DNA of 64,000 nucleotides from NCBI GenBank assembly GCA_002269645.1, contig NIVC01000111.1:1-64000 (forward strand). Direction: 5' to 3'. Positions 1 through 11,456 of the stretch are shown here, one piece after another. The notes beneath the pieces are model-generated. The model was not told the origin of the DNA. It saw nothing but the letters and a program-made list of their open reading frames with translations, and did not search any database. This stretch comes from Macrostomum lignano (taxonomy: Eukaryota). The translations under genes and the position numbers were made by a program. The stretch's first letter is position 1. Each line of letters opens with the position of its first letter.

Positions 1-3000
1 GACTGTACAGAAGAATCAAAAGCAATTTGCAAACTGATTCTGAACTATCGCTCTGCAGGGCCAGGCGCAGAAGTGGATCAAGAACATGGAGGGCAAGGAG
101 CTGATCATCATTGATCTGCAGCAGGCGGACTACATCCGCAAGCTGGAAGTGGCCCTGCAGTATGGCAAACCGGTGCTGCTCCAGAACGTAGCGAGAAGCT
201 GGACCCAGCCTCGACCCGGTGCTGAACAAGTCCATTGTGAAGCTGGGCGGGGCCTGGATCATCAAGCTCGGCGACAAAGAGATCGAGTACAACTTCGACT
301 TCCGGTTCTACATCACGACCAAGATTCCTAATCCGCACTACGCACCGGAAATCTCCACTAAGACGGCCATCACCAACTTTGCCATCAAGGAGGACGGTTT
401 AGAGGCTCAACTGCTGGGCATTGTGGTCGAGAAGGAGCGCGAAGAGCTCGAGAAGGAGAAGGATAGTCTAGTGATGAAGATCGCGGCCGGAAAGAAGAAG
501 ATCAAAGAGCTCGAGGACGAAATCCTTCGACTGCTGAACGAAGCGCAGGGCTCCCTGCTGGACGACGAGCAGTTGGTGAACACGCTGCAGACGTCCAAGT
601 CGACCTCGGCGGAGGTCACGGAGCAGCTGGCGGTGTCTGAGAAAACCGAAGCCAGATTGACGCGGCTCGCGAGGGCTACCGTGCGCTACGCGTGCCTCCA
701 TTTTGTTCTTCGTCATGAACGACATGGGCAAGATCGACCCGATGTACCAGTTCTCGCTGGACGCCTACATCAATCTCTTCAAGCTCAGCATCGACCGCAG
801 TCAGCGAAATCCGCGCCTCGAGGAGCGAATCAGCAACTTGAACGATCACCACACTTACGCCGTGTACAGGTACACCTGCCGCGGCCTTTTCGAGAAGCAC
901 AAGCTGCTGTTCTCCTTCCAGATGACCGCTAAGATTTTGGAAGCCTCCGGCAAGCTGAACATGGACGAATATGACTTCTTTCTTCGCGGTGGCGTCGTGT
1001 TGGACAGGGATAACCAGATGGACAACCCGGTGCCGAACTGGCTGTCCGAAACCGGCTGGGACAATATCTCCGAGCTGGACAAGCTGGCCAATTTTCACGG
1101 GATCATCACAAGTTTCGAGCAGTACCTCGCGACTGGCACATCTGGTACACCTCATCTGAGCGGAGAACGCCGCTCTGCCTGGTGAATGGGACAACGCCAC
1201 CAACGAGTTCCAGCGGATGCTGATCGTCCGATCTCTGCGCGAAGACCGCGTCTCATTCTGTCGACCAGCTTCATCGTCAACAATCTCGGCTCGAAATTTG
1301 TCGAGCCGCCGGTGTTGGATACCAAGCAGGTTGTGGAGGAGAGCAACTGCAAGACGCCGCTGATCTTCGTGCTGAGCCCGGCGTGACCCGACCAACGGCC
1401 TGATGCAGCTGGCCGAGACCTTCAAGATGGCGCGCAAGTTCCAGGCCTTGTCCCTGGGTCAGGGACAGTCCCGACGGCTACCAAGCTGATCAAGGAGGGC
1501 GTCAGTCAAGTCACTGGGTCTTCCTGGCCAACTGCCACCTGTCCATGTCGTGGATGCCGCAGCTGGACAAGCTGATCGAGCAACTGAACTATCACGAGGT
1601 TCACCCGGATTTCCGACTCTGGCTGAGCAGCTCACCGCACCCGAACTTCCAATCGCAATCCTGCAGGCCGGCATCAAGATGACCACCGAGCCGCCGAAAG
1701 GACTCAAGGCCAACATGAAGCGCTTGTACCACATCATCAAAGAGGAAGACTTCTCTTCGTGCAGCAAACCAGATCGCTTCAAAAAGCTGGTGTTCTCCTC
1801 TGCTTCTTCCACTCCATCCTCATCGAGAGGCGCAAGTTCCGCATGCTCGGTTGGAACATTCTGTACGAGTTCAACGACTCCGACTTTGAGGTTTCGCTGA
1901 AGATCCTCTCCAACTACCTGGACCAGTACGACGAGACGCCTTGGACGCGCTGAAGTTCCTCATCGCCGAGATCAACTACGGCGGTCACGTGACAGACGAC
2001 TGGGACCGGCGCCTGCTGATCACCTACATCACCAACTACTTCAACGAGGACGTCATCACGACGCCATTTTATAAGTTCTCCTCTCTGCCACTACTACGTG
2101 CCGCGGACGGCTCGCTAGCCTCCTACCGCGAGTACGTCAGCATGCTGCCCATCGACCACCCGGAGGCTTTCGGCCAGCACCCCAACGCGGACATCAGCTC
2201 GCAGATTCAGGAGACTCGCCTGTTCTTCGGCACTCTGCTCTCGTTGGTGCCGCAGGTCACCTCTGGCGGCGCGGGCGAGTCGCGCGAAGACAAAGTGCTG
2301 GAACTGGCCAGGAACATCTACAAGCAGCTGCCGGAGAACATCGACTACGAGGCAACGGCGAAGCTGATGCAGCAGGACCCCAACCCGCTGAACGTGGTGC
2401 TGCTGCAAGAGATCGAGCGTTACAACGCCCTGCTGAACTTGATCAGGAGCAACCTCACCGACCTGGACAAGGGCATCCAGGGTCTGGTTGTGATGAGCTC
2501 CGATCTGGAGCAGATCTTCCTGGTAAGAGTTGCAGGCAGGCACTCAGACAGACACAAACCAGACACTAAAATAGACACTAAGACAGGTGTACAGTAGCAC
2601 AGATGGACTCTAAGAAAGATACGTAGACAAATAGACAGTCAGACATTCAGAGGCAGAAATTTAGACATGCGGACATTTAGACAGGCAAATATTCAGACAG
2701 GCAGACATTCAGACAGGCGGACATTTAGACAGGCAGACATTTAGACAGGCAGACATTTAGACAGGCGGACATTTAGACAGGCAGACATTTAGACAGGCAG
2801 ACAGGCAGACAGGCAGACATTTAGACAGGCAGGCATTTAGACAGGCAGACATTTAGACAGGCAAATATTCAGACAGGCAAATATTCAGACAGGCAGACAT
2901 TCAGAGAGGCAGACCCTCAGACAGGCAGACATTTAGACAGGCAGACATTCAGACAGGCAGACATTCAGACAGGCAGACATTTAGACAGACGGGCAGTAGG

Positions 3001-5022
3001 ACAGGCAGACAATAACAGAGGAAACAGAGGAAACAGACAATAACAGAGACTTTACAGAGGAAAAAGTCGCCCATAAAAGCCGCATGTGGCTACCGATGTC
3101 CTTGCCGCCAACCCACAGGCAATCTACGACACCCGAGTGCCATCGCTCTGGGAGCGCACCTATCCATCAATGAAGCCGCTCGCCTCGTGGACTCGGGACC
3201 TGTTGAAGCGGGTGGAGCAATTCCAGGAATGGGCCACGACAACGCACCCGCCGAAGATCTACTGGATCTCCGGGTTCAGCCTGCCGACAGGCTTCCTGAC
3301 GGCTGTCCAGCAGAAGTCCGCCCGGCAGAACAACGTGAGCGTCGATTCGCTCAGCTGGGAGTTCACTGTGCAGACCATCGACGATTCCAGCATCCCCGAG
3401 GCGGCTAGAGACGGCGTCTACGTCAAGGGGCTCTACTTGGAGGGCGCCGGCTGGGACAAGAAGCAGTGCTGCCTGATCGAGGCGAACCCCATGCAGCTGG
3501 AGTGCGAGATGCCCACCATCCTGTTCAGGCCGGTGGAGAACAAGAAGAAGACGGCTAAGAGTGAGCTTCGTGCTTGAAGCAGCATTTTGATTTTGTTGGG
3601 CGATTCGATCGCCTCGGTAGTGGCGCCATTCGAGTACCAGAATTGGCGCCAAATTTAGGTCTCCTAAGAAATGGCGCCAAGCTGGGGTCTTTTTAGAAAC
3701 GGCGCAAAGTTGGGGTCTCAGAAATGGTGCCAAATAGTTTTTAGTCTCCTCAGAAATGGCGCCAAGTTGGGGTCTCAGAAATGGCGCCAAGTTGTTTGGG
3801 GTCTCCTCAGAAATGGCGCCAAGTTGTTGGGGTCTCCTCAGAAATGGCGCCAAGCTGGGGTCTCAGAAATGGCGCCAAGCTGGGGTCTCAGAAATGGCGC
3901 CAAGCTGGGGTCTCAGAAATGGCGCCAAATAGTTTGTAGTCTCCTCAGAAATGGCGCCAAGCTGGGGTCTCAGAAATGGCGCCAAGTTGTTTGTAGTCTC
4001 CTCAGAAATGGCGCCAAGTTGGGGTCTCAGAAATGGCGCCAAGTTGTTTGGGGTCTCCTCAGAAATGGCGCCAAGTTGTTTGGGTTTCCTCAGAAATGGC
4101 GCCAAGCTGGGGTCTCAGAAATGGCGCCAAGCTGGGGTCTCAGAAATGGCGCCAAATAGTTTGTACTCTCCTCAGAAATGGCGCCAAGTTGGGGTCTCAG
4201 AAATGGCGCCAAGTTGTTTGGGGTCTCCTCAGAAATGGCGCCAAGTTGTTGGGGTCTCCTCAGAAATGGCGCCAAGCTGGGGTCTCAGAAATGGCGCCAA
4301 GCTGGGGTCTCAGAAATGGCGCCAAATAGTTTGTACTCTCCTCAGAAATGGCGCCAAGTTGGGTCTCAGAAATGGCGCCAAGTTGTTTGGGGTCTCCTCA
4401 GAAATGGCGCCAAGTTGTTGGGGTCTCCTCAGAAATGGCGCCAAGCTGGGGTCTCAGAAATGGCACCAAATAGTTTGTAGTCTCCTCAGAAATAGCGCCA
4501 ATTCTGGGTCTCAGAAATGGGGCCAAGTTTTTTGGGGTCTCCTCAGAAATGGCGCCAAGTTGTTTGGAGTCCCCTCAGAAATGGCGCCAAGTTGGGGTCT
4601 CAGAAATGGCGCCAAGTTGTTTGGGGTCTCCTCAGAAATAGCGCCAATTCTGGGTCTCAGAAATGGGGCCAAGTTTCCTCTAAGGTTGCCCTACCAATCA
4701 GAGTCAAGCGTTACTCATTACAAGCATCAAATTTAAAATAATTATTAGATTAATTACTGACAATATTACAAACCGACTCGGCAGATACAGACGCAAATGT
4801 GCACATTTCTACTCTGAGTAGGTCAATAAGCAAGTAGCTTATATACTCGCAAACGCCTCCACCCGCAGACGTGTACATCGCGCCGTGCTACTACTTCCCT
4901 AACCGAGCCGGAGTCAGCGGCCGGGCCTCCTACGTGGTGGCGGTGGATTTGAAGAGCGGCGAGAAGCAGCCGGATCACTGGGTGAAGCGAGGCACGCGCT
5001 GCTGATGAGCCTCAGCTTCTGA
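1..5022 (+). CDS. DNAH2: Axonemal dynein heavy chain 2 (inner-arm dynein f beta type), 3' portion; 5' end outside the window
   Basis: Exons <1-2522, 3119-3560 and 4869-5022 with GT-AG introns (CTG|gtaag...cacag|GCA; AAGA|gtgag...cgcag|AC). Peptides FRFYITTKIPNPHY, DPMYQFSLDAY, NYGGHVTDDWDRRLL, GLYLEGAGWD and DHWVKRGT closely match DNAH2 as I recall it. At least 13 single-base deletions break the frame. Confidence 0.9.
2640..3050. repeat. Intronic minisatellite, about 16-bp unit AGACAGGCAGACATTT
   Basis: Tandem copies inside DNAH2 intron 2523-3118. Confidence 0.9.
3660..4680. repeat. Intronic minisatellite, about 25-bp core CTCAGAAATGGCGCCAAGCTGGGGT with longer variants
   Basis: Tandem array inside DNAH2 intron 3561-4868; it explains the spurious MAPSWGLRNGAKL ORFs. 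Confidence 0.95.
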
Positions 5023-5744
5023 TAATTATGCTTAATAATTGTTCATTAATTTTAACTAAAATATCAACTATTTCAATGAAATTAAATAATATGACAAGCA
5101 TTAGTCAAGGCTGTTTACGAAAATATAATTTTCAAGGAAATGAAAACTAAAACAATAAATCCTATAAACAAATATTAGCAAATATTAACAAAAATAAAAA
5201 ACCTCGGAAATTACAATGAACGACAATGAAACTAGTTTAAACTCTTGTACAAACAACCGTAAAAGGCTATAGTGCAAAAATTGACAAGAAATATTTTAAA
5301 AAAACTGATTTGACATATACAGCCTTGCTTTCTGCGGCAGTTATAAGTTTAAGTGCCTTCATTTGTTTAAATGATTATTTAAACAATGATAGAAAGACAT
5401 TCCAAAGACTTTTTTAGTTGCGAAATAAAATTTAACGAAATATTTTACTTTTTACCTGCCTGTTATTTGTAAACGTGTAAATTGTATTTTGTCACAAAAA
5501 ATAAACGATTTACGGTATTAATTTCGAGAGCATCAGTTTGCTCAAAAACGTTCTGAAGATTTTTTCTATAGCTAAGTATTGCATATACAATCACGCTCCA
5601 CTTTAAAATGGAGTAATTTCAATTTTTTACGCGGGCAGATGCGTGTTTCTCGGTGTGACTCTGTTTATTACAAAAAAACTTAAGACACTTACACGGACAA
5701 TAGATTGATCAATACACGTGCCGTACATTTATTTGAAAAAAATG

Positions 5745-8700
5745 TCACTGGTTCTCCTTCACTCCGTACCAGAAGAACAGGTTGGACAGCTCGCGCCTGT
5801 TGAAATCGCACTTGTGGTGCCGCTGGCTCATGTCCTGCTGCACCAGCCTGCGGCGCTTCTCAGCTTCGCGGAAGGCCTGCAATTTGGATGGAGTTTGTTC
5901 GGGTAGATATGGGATTTGAGAATGGAAACTGAGATTCGCGTCATCCAATGTGTCAGCCCCGCGTCAGCGCCTAGCAGGCACACACTAACACAAGAGTGTA
6001 CAGCGGCACTAACATTATTTATCGTTAGGATGTACACTTCACTGTGCCTTGGGGTTGACTTAATTGCACGAACAGACCCAAGCCACGAGACATCATTAAT
6101 TTGACTACACTTGGAATCGAGCTTGGGCCGCTGGCACATCAGAGCGCCGCTCCAGTTCACTAATAGGCAACGGCCTCCCCCATACCTACCTACCTACCTA
6201 CCTACCTACCTACCTACCTACCTACCTACCTACCTACCTACCTATCTACCTACCTACCTACCTACCTACCTATACCTACCTACCTACCTACCTACCTACC
6301 TACCTATACCTACCTACCTACCTACCTACCTATACCTACCTACCTACCTACCTACCTACCTACCTATACCTACCTACCTACCTACCTACCTATACCTACC
6401 TACCTACCTACCTACCTACCTACCTATACCTACCTACCTACCTACCTACCTACCTACCTATACCTACCTACCTACCTACCTACCTACCTATACCTACCTA
6501 CCTACCTATACCTACCTACCTACCTACCTACCTATCTACCTACCTACCTACCTACCTACCTACCTACCTACCTACCTACCTACCTACCTACCTACCTACC
6601 TACCTACCTACCTACCTACCTACCTACCTACCTACCTACCTACCTACGAAACTATGCTGATCTGCCTATCTGTTTACAGGTACCTACCTATTTATCTAAC
6701 TCATTTATTTTTCTAGCCGCCTACCCTAAGACTGACAAACAATAAATGCGCTTGACCCAAGCAATTATCGAAAATTCCTGGAACCCTTGGGTTTGATTCA
6801 TGCGACACGCCTGCATGACTGGGTTCTTGTGGCATTCCCGCATTCAAATGAAAGCCGTATCTCAGAAACTGCAGACCTCAAAGTCCCACAGTGAAGAGGC
6901 GAACACGGCCTGGGTTCGCATCGCGGAGCACAGCAGCGCCGACGATGGTAGACATGAAACTGGAGGAACGGCAGGAACCTCGCCGACTGCACCTGGATGA
7001 ACACGTAGCCAACGTAAATTGGCATGCTCAGATAGGCGATTAGCGTGAATGACGTCACCACCAGGCTGATCATCTCGCACTGGATTGGCTTCTGCATCTC
7101 TAGCAGGCAAGTGATGCTGGCCACCACCGATATGCGATTGGGGCAGCGCAGCTGCTCAACCCGAACCTGCGATCGCGAAGGTTGAAATGGTAAAGTGGCC
7201 CAGCAACTGAGGATCTGGGAGACTGGCATGGCAACTGAGAATGTGGGAGTCTGGCACGGCAACTGAGGATTGGGATGGAAGGCTGGCCCAGCAACTGAGA
7301 TCTGGGAGGCTGGCCCAACAACTGGGATTGGGAGGCTGGCACAGCAACTGAGGATCTGGGAGGCTAGCCATACAACTGATGAGGATTTGGGAGGCTGGCC
7401 CAACAACTGAGGATCTAGGAGGCTGGCTCAGGAATTGATGAGGATCTGGGAGGCTGGCTCAGCAATTGAGGATCTGAGAGGCTGGCCCAGCAACTAAGCA
7501 TTGGAAGGCTGGCCCAGCAACTGGGGATCTGGGAGGCTGGCCCAGCAACTGAGTATCTGAAAGGCTGGCCCAGCAACTGGGGATCTGGGATGCTGGCCCA
7601 GCAACTGAGGATCTGGGAGGCTGGCCCATCAACTGAGGATCTGGGAGACTGGCTCAGCAACTGAGGATCTGGGAGGTTGGTGGCCCAGCAACTGGGGATC
7701 TGGGAGGCTGGCTCAGCAACTGAGGATCTGGGAGGCTGGCCCAGCAACTGAGGATTAGGAGTCTGGCCCAGCAACTCCGTATAGTTACACAAGCGTCAAT
7801 AAACACCTTTCCGGTAGACGTTCTCAATACTAGCGGCTTCTTAGCGTTCACTGATCTGCGTGACCGTCGCAGAAGCACCGGTCTCAACCGGTTTGGTTTA
7901 TCGGGAGCTGCTGGACTATCGGAGGCATTACTTATATGCGGATAGTAACAGATGGGGCAGGAGGCTGCGTTCCAAGTAGACTGCCAGCAATCCCCTACGT
8001 CTTTCTCAGTGCCAACGTCGGTATGATCAAAGCGACTGTCGGCATGATCAAAGCGACTGTCGGAATGATCAAAGCGACTGTCGGAAGAATCAAAGCGACT
8101 GTCGGAAGGATCAAAGCGACTGTCGGAATGATCAAAGCGACTGTCGGAATGATCAAAGCGACTGTCGGTATGATCAAAGCGACTGTCGGAATGATCAAAG
8201 CGACTGTCGGCATGATCAAAGCGACTGTCGGAATGATCAAAGCGACTGTCGGTATGATCAAAGCGACTGTCGGAAGAATCAAAGCGACTGTCGGAAGGAT
8301 CAAAGCGACTGTCGGAAGGATCAAAGCGACTGTCGGAATGATCAAAGCGACTGTCGGAAGGATCAAAGCGACTGTCGGAATGATCAAAGCGACTGTCGGC
8401 ATGATCAAAGCGACTGTCGGTATGATCAAAGCGACTGTCGGAAGGATCAAAGCGACTGTCGGAATGATCAAAGCGACTGTCGGCATGATCAAAGCGACTG
8501 TCGGTATGATCAAAGCGACTGTCGGAATGATCAAAGCGACTGTCGGTATGATCAAAGCGACTGTTGGAATGATCAAAGCGACTGTCGGAATGATCAAAGT
8601 GACTGTCGGAATGATCAAAGCGACTGTCGGCATCATCAAAGCGAAATCGGAGGTGACGGTGACGGTTGCGACGTTGCAAGAGGCGACGGCGGCAGCGCCT

Positions 8701-10583
8701 GCAAAGTCCGAGCCGATCCCGAGCTGTACCTGGAGGGCACCGGTCATCATAAATCAGCTGCAAGGAGTGCAGATTCATCAACTGATTAGCAGCATTTATC
8801 GCAGCTTTTGAGCTGTGTCGCACAACCAGACAGGTCAGCGAAAGATCTTGATAGATATTTCCGCAGTGGTTGAGCAGCCGCGGTCGCAGATGCACCAGTA
8901 GGCGGTCTCCAATTCTGCGAATTGTTGATGAAAATACAAGACCCCCTCTGTAGCTGGCACCCCCCTCTGTAGCTGGCACCCCCTCTGTAGCTGGCACCCC
9001 CCTCTGTAGCTGGCACCCCCTCTGTAGCTGGCACCCCCTTCTGTAGCTGGCACCCCCTCTGTAGCTGGCACCCCCCTCTGTAGCTGGCACCCCCCTCTGT
9101 AGCTGGCACCCCCTCTGTAGCTGGCACCCCCCTCTGTAGCTGGCACCCCCTCTGTAGCTGGCACCCCCCTCTGTAGCTGGCACCCCCTTCTGTAGCTGGC
9201 ACCCCCTCTGTAGCTGGCACCCCCCTCTGTAGCTGGCACCCCCTCTGTAGCTGGCACCCCCCTCTGTAGCTGGCACCCCCTCTGTAGCTGGCACCCCCTC
9301 TGTAGCTGGCACCCCCTCTGTAGCTGGCACCCCCCTCTGTAGCTGGCACCCCCTCTGTAGCTGGCACCCCCCCTCTGTAGCTGGCACCCCCTCTGTAGCT
9401 GGCGCCCCCCTCTGTAGCTGGCACCCCCTCTGTAGCTGGCACCCCCTCTGTAGCTGGCACCCCCTCTGTAGCTGGCACCCCCTCTGTAGCTGGCACCCCC
9501 TCTGTAGCTGGCACCCCCTTCTGTAGCTGGCACCCCCTCTGTAGCTGGCACCCCCTCTGTAGCTGGCACCCCCTTCTGTAGCTGGCACCCCCTCTGTAGC
9601 TGGCACCCCCTCTGTAGCTGGCACCCCCTCTGTAGCTGGCACCCCCTCTGTAGCTGGCACCCCCTCTGTAGCTGGCGCCCCCCTCTGTAGCTGGCGCCCC
9701 CCTCTGTAGCTGGCGCCCCCTCTGTAGCTGGAACGCCCCTCTGTAGCTGGCGCCCCCCTCTGTAGCTGGCACCCCCTCTGTAGCTGGCACCCCCTCTGTA
9801 GCTGGCACCCCCTCTGTAGCTGGCACCCCCTCTGTAGCTGGCACCCCCTCTGTAGCTGGAACGCCCCTCTGTAGCTGGCGCCCCCCTCTGTAGCTGGCAC
9901 CCCCCTCTGTAGCTGGCACCCCCCTTCTGTAGCTGGCACCCCTTCTGTAGCTGGCACCCCCCTCTGTAGCTGGCGCCCCCTTTGTAGCTGGCACCCCCTC
10001 TGTAGCTGGCGCCCTCCTCTGTAGCTGGCACCCCCCTCTGAAGCTGGCACCCCCTCTGTAGCTGGCGCCCCCTCGGTAGCTGTAGAATAACCTGTAATAA
10101 CTAATTGCCTCACTTGCAATAACTAATCGCCTCACCTGTAATAACTAATTGCCTCACTTGTAATAACTAATCGCCTCACCTGTAATAACTAATCGCCTCA
10201 CCTGTAATAACTAATTGCCTCACCTGTAGTAACTAATTGCCTCATCTGTAATAAATAATTGCCTCACCTGTAATAACTAATTGCCTCACCTGTAACAACT
10301 AATCGCCTCACCTGTAGTAAGCGGCACAGCCGTTAAACAATCGGCCAGCCCAGTATTTCAGCCTCTTTCTTCGCCTGCGACCGCCATCAAACCAGATCAC
10401 ATTGTCTGTCGAGTTTCCGCAAGCCGGCAGAGCCAGCCACGAGTCTGTCTGAAGGCCCGGCCAGTGCCAATGGCGCACCGTGGTGACACTTCGGCTTGGC
10501 AATGACCGGCAATCGTGAATGATTGTAAATAGAAACAGAAATGAGTAGATTAGCAATCCTGAATTATAACAATAAATACGCAT
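5745..10583 (-). CDS. Uncharacterised type-I membrane protein: signal peptide, Cys-containing ectodomain, (RFDHSDS)n repeat, furin-like site, one TM helix
   Basis: Phase-consistent exons 10583-10312, 8914-7789, 7166-6993 and 5877-5745; exon 3 can alternatively read through to a stop at 6798. N-terminus MRIYCYNSGLLIYSFLFLFTIIHDCRS is signal-peptide-like. Contains CPPGT..LGLCRRC, RRSRR|S and TM ISLVVTSFTLIAYLSMPIYVGYVFI. Minus-strand AATAAA follows both possible stops (about 5664-5669 and 6703-6708). Confidence 0.65.
5975..6147. mobile_element. Dispersed repeat (unclassified SINE/MITE-like), copy A
   Basis: Aligns with 47104-47302; shared blocks include TTATTTATCG, ATGTACACTTCACTGTGCCTTGGGG and GGGCCGCTGGCACATCAGAGCGC. 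Confidence 0.7.
6178..6646. repeat. (CCTA)n microsatellite
   Basis: About 470 bp of TACC/CCTA repeats; source of the PTYL ORF. Confidence 0.97.
7200..7778. repeat. Intronic minisatellite, 28-bp unit GGCTGGCCCAGCAACTGAGGATCTGGGA
   Basis: Fills intron 2 (7788-7167) of the membrane-protein gene. Confidence 0.92.
8019..8643 (-). repeat. 21-bp tandem repeat, about 29 copies, probably coding (RFDHSDS)n
   Basis: Unit ATGATCAAAGCGACTGTCGGA on +. Unit length is constant at 21 nt, and the array lies within predicted exon 2 in frame. Confidence 0.85.
8942..10082. repeat. Intronic minisatellite, 18/19-bp unit CCCCCTCTGTAGCTGGCA
   Basis: C-run length varies; lies in intron 1 of the membrane-protein gene. 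Confidence 0.95.
10085..10320 (-). repeat. 22-bp tandem repeat that reiterates the 5' splice site (minus unit GTGAGGCAATTAGTTATTACAG)
   Basis: About 10 copies beginning at the exon-1 donor TACAG|GTGAGG (10312/10311). Confidence 0.85.
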
Positions 10584-10797
10584 TAATGAAATTTTCAACT
10601 TCTTTGGGCCGTCAGAGTATAACTACAAAAGACATCAACGACTTGTTTATCAGTATTTAATTTTACCGGCCGATTTGAAATCAGCAATGTAAGTGCTTGA
10701 TTTCGGGCCATAGACAGTGCGGATTTCATGAAAGCAAAGTTTTTTATCTAAAAATATGGTTCTATTTATCTTTTGTTCGAGCGAGCCTATGAGGTTA

Positions 10798-11456
10798 ACT
10801 AGTGTGAATGGATAAGCTATAGTGTGAAAGGATAAGCTAATGTGAATGGATAAGCTATAGTGTGAAAGGATAAGCTAATGTGAATGGATAAGCTATAGTG
10901 TGAAAGGATAAGCTAATGTGAATGGATAAGCTATAGTGTGAAAGGATAAGCTAATGTGAATGGATAAGCTATAGTGTGAAAGGATAAGCTAATGTGAATG
11001 GATAAGCTATAGTGTGAAAGGATAAGCTAATGTGAATGGATAAGCTATAGTGTGAAAGGATAAGCTAATGTGAATGGATAAGCTATAGTGTGAAAGGATA
11101 AGCTAATGTGAATGGATAAGCTATAGTGTGAAAGGATAAGCTAATGTGAATGGATAAACTAGTGTGAATGGATAAGCTGCTGTGAATGGGTAAGCTATTG
11201 TGAATTAAAAAGCTAGTGTGAATGGATAAGCTATAGTGTGAATGGATAAGCTACTGCGAATGAACAAGCTACTGTGAATGAACAAGCTACTGCGAATGAA
11301 CAAGCTACTGTGAATGAACAAGCTACTGTGAATGAACAAGCTACTGTGAATGAACAAGCTACTGTGAATGAATAAGCTATTGTGAATGGATAAGCTACTG
11401 TGAATGGATAAGCTACTGTGAATGGATAAGCTACTGTGAATGAACAAGCTGCTGTT
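10798..11456. repeat. Minisatellite of 18-20-bp units (GTGTGAATGGATAAGCTA) with a 38-bp dimeric higher-order unit
   Basis: TAGTGTGAAAGGATAAGCTA and ATGTGAATGGATAAGCTA alternate, then the array drifts into variants. Confidence 0.92.

Noticed and set aside
3167-4741. Long ORFs such as MAPSWGLRNGAKL.. and MAPFLRPQLGAISE..
   Set aside because: Translations of an intronic minisatellite inside a GT-AG intron of DNAH2.
7936-8811. Plus-strand (MIKATVG)n and minus-strand (VALIIPT)n ORFs
   Set aside because: Alternative frames of the 21-bp repeat; only the RFDHSDS frame joins flanking exons with correct phases.
8786-10135. ORFs of 398-821 aa (GVPATE/GGASYR/CQLQRG repeats)
   Set aside because: The 18/19-bp array has frequent C-run indels that swap frames, and it lies in an intron; only 8914-7789 of the 821-aa ORF is considered coding.
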